This document shows positions 37,204 through 46,465 of a DNA stretch of 46,465 bases, in pieces (within the stretch, counting starts at the first letter, position 1; each line of letters begins with the position of its first letter). Source of the stretch: an uncultured virus (IMG/VR IMGVR_UViG_2061766007_001087) (Duplodnaviria > Heunggongvirae > Uroviricota > Caudoviricetes > Schitoviridae); IMG/VR virus record IMGVR_UViG_2061766007_001087; one strand, 5' to 3'. The translations under genes were made by a program, and so were the position numbers. Under the pieces are notes generated by a model. The model made no database searches, had not been told where the DNA came from, and saw only the letters and a program-made list of their open reading frames with translations.

Positions 37204-40200
37204 TTACCAAGGTAAATTACTAAACCAAGCAAAGAATTTAAATGCTGGTAACTGGTTACTAGAATCAAATACCGAAGTAATAGGGTTCTTAATGTTATAT
37301 AAGTTCTTATCTATATTTAGTAGATTAGATGTAAGTATTGCACCATCCGTTAATGGTNNNNNNNNNNNNNNNNNNNTGCTCTAGCAAACTTTCTAGTAAA
37401 CAAATGCAGTATAGGCATTTGAGTTCTTAATATGAACTTACTAAACCAAACTACACCTAAGTCATTAGCTGCCTGTGTAACTTTATTAGTTGGCAGGTCA
37501 TAGTTAATAAACATCTCCTGTGCATCCAGGAATGCATTAGTAGCATTCTGTTCATTGATTCTACGATCTCTGCTTTGTGGATACTTCTTTTCTCTCAGAT
37601 GAGTGTAGTATATCCATTTAGCTACTGTATCCGTACCTGTAGCAAGCTCCTGTGCCATGTCATATAGTTTAGTATTATGACGTATAAAGAGTACATCCAG
37701 TATAGGAGTTAAGCGTCTAAATACACCTGCATCCATTCTACTATTATCCAGGAATTTAAGTTCATCTGGTAATGGAGAAGGCTCTTCTCTGTTAATATCA
37801 TACTCACCACCTACTATAGAAGTAGCACCACCTAATCTAATAAATTCACTCATTGGGTTATTCTGTATATCATTTTGCAATGAAGTAAATTCACTTCTTA
37901 ATGCTGCTCTTTCATCTGCAGTTAATTCTTCTATATTTAGTCTAGTAAGTATATTACGGAATCTCCTCATTTTATCATTGTAGTCAGTGTAGTATTCGTA
38001 TCCTTTAAGTGTTTGTGATATAGCCTTTATTGGGCTAACTCCAGCAATAGACAATACTTGAATATTACTTCTTATATTGTTAAGAGATACTATAAAAGAT
38101 TTATTTACNNNNNNNNNNNNNNNNNNNNNNTTGCCTGTGTACGTAATCCCCACTTTTGTGCAAATATCTGATATGCAGCTTTTTTCAGGATATGTAAGCA
38201 TCTATCTCCATAGGCTTTATATTCCTCTGTACCTGGGTCCATCAGTCTTCTAAGAGAGAAGTTATGGAAACCAAATATAAGATTATAATAGTCTTTCTTT
38301 ATAAATAGATGTTCACCACCTAATCTTTCATGCAGGTACTTTCTAGTATCTTGTGGTAAAGTACTGTAGTCTTCCTGTACTACTGGATTCTCTGAATCTG
38401 GTGAAAGTTCAATCCATTCATCTTCATCATAGTCTTTATCAGTTCTGTGATTATGAATATCTATTAATGCATCAATCATGTTTCTATTGGCTGCAAAGGA
38501 AACTTGTTTTTCTTCAATGTTTGCTGCAGTTGCTGCAAGANNNNNNNNNNNNNNNTTTAATAGTTTTTCTCTCAGTTCCATTGAGTCTACAAATCTGATT
38601 GCCTTTGTTACACCTTTAGAATCAAATCCCAATTCACGGGCAAGTGATTTATTTGGAGTAATAGGTAATATAGTATCAAACTGGTTATCAATAGGAACTG
38701 CAGCCATATAGTTTTCTACTGCTTCTTTTTCACTGATTAACTCTGCACCAACAAAGTGAGTATCAATAGTAGCCAGTGCACCAGAAGTATGCCTATTAAC
38801 TACTGGTACTGAATTGTGCATAAGTTTAGGTGTAAATCCTAGTTTATTAGGTACAAATCCTGCTGTCTCTGGACCAGTATATACTACATATCCTTTTTGT
38901 TTTAAATCTTCATATGTAGCTTCATCATTTACTATTATTGATTCATNNNNNNNNNNNNNNNNNNNNNNNNNNNNNNNNNNNNNNNNNNNNNNNNNNNNNN
39001 NNNNNNNNNNNNNNNNNNNNNNNNNNNNNNNNNNNNNNNNNNNNNNNNNNNNNNNTGAATCAAAACCAGTAGATTTATGAGCTGCTCTCATAGCAGCAGC
39101 ATTAGTTTCTACTCGATAGAGTTCCTGTAGAGTTTGTAAATCTTCCTGGTTTGCTTCCTGCTCTCTGTATAATTTCATTGCCTGTAAGGTAATATAGGCA
39201 TTTAACTGAGATTCTACTTGAGCCTGTTCTTCCGGTGAAGAATGCTTAAGTAATACTCCGTTGTATTCTGTACCAAAACCTAGAAGAATCTGAGCAGCAT
39301 TATGTAATGTTATCTCATTACTCCAGGAATCAGTAGCCAGTTTACATGCAAGGTTGTTTGCAGCATTAATTACAAAGTTAGTATAGTTACTCGGTAATTC
39401 AGGTATATTTAATATAGGATTATTTACTACTGCATCATTATAGTACCGTAAAGTATCATCTAAACCTACTCCAGTAGTAAGCATACTCATTATCTGTTGG
39501 TTATTGTAACCTACATTTTTTAAGCACTGTAAATCAAGTATACATACACCATTTCTAATTGCTCTTGCCATTGGTTCAGTAAGTTTATTAGCAAATGAAC
39601 CTAAAAGAACTCTAGTATCTTCAGTCAGATTTTGCTGTCTGGTTCTATTAAGAGCAGANNNNNNNNNNNNNNNNNNNNNNNNNNNNNNNNNCTTCCATCT
39701 TTAGAGTAGTAAGAGTTAGTTACTTCATTTAAGGTTTCCCTAGTAAACCTATTAACCTTCTTTAATACTCTTTCTAAACGATGTCCAAATGCCTGTACTC
39801 TTTGTGCAACAGGTTCTCTTCCTATTTCATCCAGATGCATAGATACACCAGTATCAGTAGTATCTAAAGTTCTATCTAATACTGTAGATAATCTATCTAT
39901 TGTTTGTCTATATGGAATTTGGAAGTAATCTTTTTCAGTCTTGTTTGCTGCATCAAATACTGCTTCTACTGTATCCATTAAACTAGGAGTTACATTAACT
40001 GTATTCCGTTTAAATTTATTAGATGCTTTTTGTAATAAAGTAGATATAGCAGTTGAAATGAAATCTATAAGAGCACCAAGTACACTTCGAGCAGTATCTT
40101 TATCATTTACATTGGTTAAATGACCTTTTACATATGGAACTTGACTTAATGCATTATTAATAAATTCATTGGTATATGCCAGTACTGCAAACTCTTCTAT

Positions 40201-43200
40201 TACATCATTGGATGCAGTACCTTCTGCTCCTGTACCAAACATATAATCATACATTACTTGTGCATTAGCATCTTCTCTTGCATTAGCCTGGTCTGCTAAA
40301 TCCTGACTACCCAGTTCTGCTGCTGTCCAGTTATGCTGTCTGAGTAAATGCATATTATCAGCAAAGTATTCTCTTGCCTGTACCCAGGATCTACGAAGTG
40401 TCTTGAATTCTGGACTATACCTATCTACTGCCTTGAATACAATATGCATATTCTCATGTGCATACATCTCTCGAACACTCATAGGTATACCATGTTGTAT
40501 TGCATCTCCAACACTTCTGGTTATTGCTACTACTTTATTTGAAGTAGCAGCTAAACCTGCTCTACCATGATTTACTACCAGTACTTTTACACCAGCAAGC
40601 ATATCTGCTATTTTTTCCATACGTCCTCTAAGAGTATTGGAGAACTGTGGACTTATAGCACGAATAGTACCTACACCAGATGCAGTATTAACTGTAACAG
40701 TACTTTCTAATGCATCAAAGTTTCTTAATACTTGATTCTTAGTATTAGTTACTATTGTTTGTACTGCTGGGTCACTGATAGGCTGGTTATTAATAGCAGC
40801 TATCATTGCAGAGCGTAAGTCTGCATCTTCTCTGGCTCCTGCATTATTGTGCCTTTCATCTTTACCTGCTGTACGTAAATCCTGTGGAAGTACATTTTTC
40901 CATTCATTAAATTTAGCTTTATAAGCTTCTTTTACACCTTGTTTAAATTGATTGAATACATCTAATGCATCTCTTTGTTTTTGTTTCTTACAATGAGCTG
41001 CAAGGTCATTATTATCTGTAATAGCAATTAAATTAATAAATGGAATACCATAGGCAGGTCTATCTTTATCTGTTGGATTTTGCTTTTCTTCCAATATACC
41101 CATTGCATGGTTAGCAGTATTAGTTAGCTCACTTATTTTTCCATTTGTGCCAATAGAGAGTCTCTGGATTTCAGCAATAAAATCATATGGGTTAGTGCTG
41201 GCTAAAGTTTCATCAAAGTCTAAATCTGCATTTTTTACATAGTAAGGTAACGCCTCAGCTATTTCATCTAATACACGATTCTTCTCTGTTTCAGATAATT
41301 CATTAAATGCCTTTGGAGGATCGTCTTTATCCACTCTTTTATGGTAGCGGATCTTAGGTGCTTTATCTATTGGATATACATCTTCCAGCATATAGTCATT
41401 AATTTCTATAAGCGAAGCCAGTGCACTCTTGGTTTCATTATATGGAGTTTCATTTGCTTTCCCATATAATTCAGCTATATTCTGCCTATTTTTAACCCTA
41501 TATCTAGGCTGATTATAGGTATCCATTAACTCATTACCTTTAAATGCAATACCCATATTGTACTGGAATATAGAGTAATCTCCAGAATGGAAATCCTGCA
41601 TAGCTTTTAAGTGCTCTTCTTCTGCTCCCTGAATAAGTTTAAGCATATGATTAAACAGTGTGTTATGTACTTCAGGATTCTGGAATATAGTATTAAATAT
41701 GTTATTACGCTGGTCCATATTAAATAAGGTAGCACCAGCTCTATACGCTTCTTTAGAGTCAGTTCTAACAACTTGTTTATAGTTAGCTAATTCTCTTTTA
41801 CCTGTCTCATAGTAAGTTTGAGTTTTATCATTAGCGAGTATACCATTATAGGCTTCTTCATCAATAGAGGCATATGGGTTGTATGCCTGCTTAAAGAACT
41901 CTATAAACTTACTCTGCATATCTGTTAATACAGCACCAGTTTGGTCTTCAATAGTACCATCTGGTAAATAGAGTGTACCTAAATCACTTTCCAGATTTAA
42001 TACATCATGATAGTCTGCTCCTGGATGCTCCTCTATATAGTAACCAATAGTAGCATACAGAGCAGAAGTAATTGCTTTGTTATACAAACCCATATGGTAA
42101 CTATAAGATTTCTTATGCTGATCTGGCATTAACAGCATACCTCTAGCAGACTCTATACAAGCATTATAGAATCCATCATTAAACGCCTGTCTGATTGCTA
42201 TCTTAGTCCATCCCAATCGTCTAACTAGTTTTTCTGTATTGTAGTACCACTGGTTAATTGTAGATTCATCTTTATCTTTAGAGTCTATTTCTTGATATAC
42301 TCTATTACCATCTTCATCTGTAGTTAATTCAACACCAAGATCTCTTAATGTTTTACTAGTAATAAGACCCATCTGTGCTGCTACAGCAATTACATTTGCA
42401 CGGTTATATTTGTTATCTAAATTTACAGTTAATTCCGTACTAAGGTCAACATTAAGTATCTGACTATACTTAGCAAACAATGTTGCATAGTTCTTGAAGA
42501 AAGATGCATATTGTAAGTACCTAGATTTAGCTCCTGGATTTGCTATTGAATTAAGGAATGCCTTATTCTGTAAACGATTAAATACAAATGCCATATGATT
42601 ACACAACATTTCTGCAGCATCGTGTATATTCAGTGGCATCGTACCAGTTTGCTGTAATCCCTCTAATGCAGTATCACTGGCTATATTAGAGTCATTGCTC
42701 TGAATACCATCTACTGTTAAACTAATACCAGCACTGTTAGTAGAAGCAATTCTACCACTGCCTGTTACTACTACACCATTGGTATCAGTCATACGTAATG
42801 GATTATTTAAATCACTTTCGTACTCCTTCTTAAGTATAGATATACCCTCTCCAGAAGGAAGATTTAACTGAGACTTATTAAACAGAATATTAAAGGATTC
42901 TACCAATGCTTCTTTAATATCTANNNNNNNNNNNNNNNNNNNNNNNNNNNNAATTAAAGCGTCATTACGTTTTAAAATTTCCTGGTAGTTTATGTTACTA
43001 AAGTTAGCCAGGTAATCTTCCTCTACTCCTGCCTCATTCTGGATTGTTCTAATCCTATAATTTAATGGAGTTTTACCATTTAAGATATTCTTAAAGGAAT
43101 CTGCCATAAATGAGAGTATTTCCAATGGAGCAATACACATTTGAGTCATTGCTCTATTATTACCCATTGGTTTCATCATAGATTTAAAGATTGCTTGACC

Positions 43201-46200
43201 TATAGTATTTTCAAACAGAGGAATAATTGCATGAGTTAAATCATAGATATTCTCTGAAGTAAATCCTCTAGAATGGTCATATCCTTTCTCAAAGTTCTCT
43301 GCATTACGTTCTGTATACTTAGAACTCTTTGTAAAGATATCTTTAATTTCTACTGCATCTACATAAGCCTGTGCACAGTTACCCATTGAGAAATTCTTTG
43401 CTTTAGGGAACCCTGATTTACCAAGTACTAAGTCAAAACTACCATTCTTATTTGTAGCAGTTCTTTGGCTACCCAGGAACTTAGTATATACCTCAGCAAA
43501 CTTAATAGGATTTTTAATGTACATCAGTTTTAACCGATGACCTATTCTGGCACCTACTGGATTAGTACCATCTTTGTATTTAAAAATATCTTTCAGTAAG
43601 CTAAGAGGAAATACCTCTGCAGTAAGGAAATCTTTATTTTCTTCCTGTATCTTATTATCTCTTGCAGCTCGTTTAGCTTTTACTATATTAAGCATTAACT
43701 TTCTGCCTTCCTTGGAAGAAGATAAGTAATACTTATTATGGAATTTAATTACATGTGCTGAGTAATTTAATACAGGAATACCAGCAGCCTTAGCTTCTTT
43801 TACTACAAGTCCATTATCTCCTAATGCATTAGGTACAGTAACTAAATCTACATTTTTAATTACCGGGTTACCATTACTATCTTTACCAGGAGAATAAACA
43901 GTATCAGCCATATAGTATGCCTGACTACACTGTACGTACTGAGTAGTACCACTCTTGGTTATATAATTATCTCCTGTTTTACCAGTAAGCATATCAGCAG
44001 GTTTATAGTAAGTACCATCCTGGTTCTGTCTAGGCTGAAACAGGCTTAATACTTCCTGACTGCAATCAAATATATAAAGTCTTCTAGATTCTCTTTCTCT
44101 TGCTTCTGCAGTGTCATATGGTTNNNNNNNNNNNNNNNNNNNNNNNNNNNNNNNNNNNNNNNNNNNNNNNNNNNNNATTTATACGATTATATGCTTCTGC
44201 AGTATTGATAAGAGTCTCTATACCGTTATCTCGTTTATCCGAATTAAACTGGAAATAGCTCATTATAAAGTTAGCTATTTCTATTTGCTTGGCTTCAAAT
44301 GCAGTAACATCTTTCTCACCTTTAATAACCTTCTTCCATGGAGTATTACTAAAGTTAATTTTAATAAATNNNNNNNNNNNNNNNNNNNNNNNNNNNNNNN
44401 NNNNNNNNNNNNNNNNNNNNNNNNNNNNNNNGAATTTACATCCAGCAATATGTGATATTGCCTGTGGAGTATATTGTGATACCTGTGGATTATAGTCTTG
44501 ACCAATAACAGTATTGAGTAACTCAGTACTATATGAATTATCTGGATGTAGTAAATCNNNNNNNNNNNNNNNACTATTAAACAAACTAGTATCATCACTA
44601 ATACTGTAAGTTTTACCTTTTGGTGCAAAACCAGGACGTATATTAGAGAAACTAGTAGAGTATTTACCCAGTGCTACACAACTAATAGCATTTAAGATAT
44701 ANNNNNNNNNNNNNNCTGATTATCTAATTTACTTAAAGATTCATATAGTAACTTTCTTGGTTTAGCTGCATTAAAGTTATTCCAATCAAGTTTACTGTTT
44801 ATTTCTGGTTTTTGATTTAATAAATTAATTACCTCTTCATAGGTATTTAATTCTGGTAAGTTTTCTTCTGGTGCAGATGCTCTATACTCTTTATACATAT
44901 TAACCCAGAGTTGTCTTACATCAGTAAGTTGCTCCAGTTTTTTCTGCATAAACTGATTAAAATCATTTAAGCCTAAATCATTATCCAGAAATTCCTTATA
45001 CTGGTTCTCTACCCATGTAAACCAATATGGAGCACTTTCTTTATTGTACTTATTAAACTGAGCTTCCATATGGAAAGAGGCTACCAGTTTATTAGCAAAT
45101 GCTTCCAGTGCCTTAGGTCTTGCTGTTTCAGATAAGTTACCTTCAAGGCTGTTCATTAAAGAAGTAAGTAAATAAGGTAATGCATAGTTTCTTACATGTG
45201 CTTTGATATTACCCCAGAATTCCCACTTTGGTACTACTGTATTCTCTTGAGAATAGTAACTATCTTCAATGCTATCCTGGACTTCTTTAAATTTCTTAGA
45301 TAATGTGAATGCTCCTGNNNNNNNNNNNNNNNNNNNNNNNNNNNNNNNNNNNNNNNNNNNNNNNNNNNNNNNNNNNNNNNNNNNNNNNNNNNNNNNNNNN
45401 NNNNNNNNNNNNNNNNNNNNNNNNNNNNNNNNNNNNNNNNNNNNNNNNNNNNNNNNNNNNNNNNNNNNNNNNNNNNNNNNNNNNNNNNNNNNNNNNNNNN
45501 NNNNNNNNNNNNNNNNNNNNNNNNNNNNNNNNNNNNNNNNNNNNNNNNNNNNNNNNNNNNNNNNNNNNNNNNNNNNNNNNNNNNNNNNNNNNNNNNNNNN
45601 NNNNNNNNNNNNNNNNNNNNNNNNNNNNAAACGCTTAATAGGGCACTCAGTACCGTTAATTTTAGTGTCTAAATTAAAATCTGATATTGAGTCCATTGTA
45701 CAGAGAATATCTAAATCTATATTTGCTTTAATAGTTTCATATAAGTCCNNNNNNNNNNNNNNNNNNNNNNNNNNNNNNNNNNNNNNNNNNNNNNATTTTC
45801 CAGACCACCATTTAGTCTGGCAATACCAATACTATCCAGGAAGTTATAACCATCTACTTCTGGTACATTTAATCCCTGATTTTTAATATAGGATAATATA
45901 CCAAGAGTAAATAACACACCCATTGCAGGACCATTGGTTACACCATCTGATTCTATGTGCATGTAGTTAACATACTTACCATTTTCCAGAGAATCATCTA
46001 ATGCTTTCCAGAATTCATCTACTGTACAGTTTTCTGGTATTTCTGCATTTGCAAACTGCTCCATAGTCTGCATTATATTAATAATGGCAAACTTATGTTC
46101 AAACTCGTAACCCTTAGATTCCAGATCCTCAATGCACTTTAACCAAGTATCTAACTTTGTATCATAGTCTTTAGCAGCTTTACTCTTTTTAGCAGCATCT

Positions 46201-46465
46201 ACCAGAATACGTACTGCGGTCATCATTTTCCCGTTCTTGTACCAGGTTTGTAATGTACCTTTTTTTTCTGGTTTTAATCCAAGATTCTGCATTATTCCAA
46301 AGGCGAATATATCATGTTCTGATANNNNNNNNNNACTAATTTATTTTCTATTGCTGTTTGTTCATTAAACCGCATAACCTTTGTTATATTAGGATTTGCA
46401 AGCACACCCAATAATTTATCTAACTCTGCTTTGGTTTTCTCTGCATCCTGTATGTACTCAGGTGT
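37204..46465 (-). CDS. Virion-encapsidated RNA polymerase (N4 gp50-like), 5'-truncated by the window
   Basis: Track ORFs 45717.., 44692.., 44114.., 39625.., 38105.. and 37350.. link across N-runs into one reading of about 3080 codons ending FSNLPW* at 37204. Motif A IESDGVTNGP (about 45946), motif C LNIHDA (about 42620), zincin HENMH...EEF and C-terminal FINYDLP...NDLGVVWFSKFILRTQ. Convergent with dut, as in N4-like genomes. Confidence 0.9.

Noticed and set aside
40400..40470. HExxH zincin motif in vRNAP as a novelty
   Set aside because: A zincin-like domain in the C-terminal part of N4-type virion RNAPs is already known.

Overview
This window is most of the genome of a divergent N4-like podovirus (Schitoviridae-type). 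It appears to be read across the likely genome end at about 6.9-7.1 kb. Left arm (minus strand): tail-fibre and receptor-binding genes, a gp67-like adaptor, terminase large subunit and a gp69-like gene, under a near-consensus sigma70 promoter. Early region (7.07-14.2 kb, plus strand): a modular array of small transcription units, with 11 copies of an 18-bp motif (AATAAAATTTCTCNNTAG), usually followed by a 5' hairpin, an SD, one or two tiny ORFs and a 3' hairpin. This array holds a 300+ nt ORF-free, multi-helix, pseudoknotted ncRNA candidate, four covarying copies of a UAAGY-bulged RNA hairpin, three proteins ending in SSB-C-terminal-like tails (DDDDIPF, DDEAIPF, DEVPF), a stand-alone sigma70 region-4 protein and a DUF488 protein. 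Middle region (plus strand): two-subunit RNAP II, ThyX, many small hypotheticals, tRNA-Gln and tRNA-Leu flanking a 76-nt CCA-ended non-cloverleaf RNA, AAA ATPase and vWA/metallopeptidase pair, helicase, a naturally split family A DNA polymerase with an intervening insert, exonuclease, primase, Sak4-like ATPase, SSB, RusA-like resolvase and dUTPase. Right end (minus strand): the 3' 9.2 kb of a giant virion RNA polymerase that contains cysteines and has a greatly enlarged motif A-C spacing. Many N-runs do not preserve reading frame, so several genes fragmented in the ORF track were rejoined by eye, and boundaries inside N-runs are approximate. All family assignments come from motif recognition and synteny; no database searches were run.
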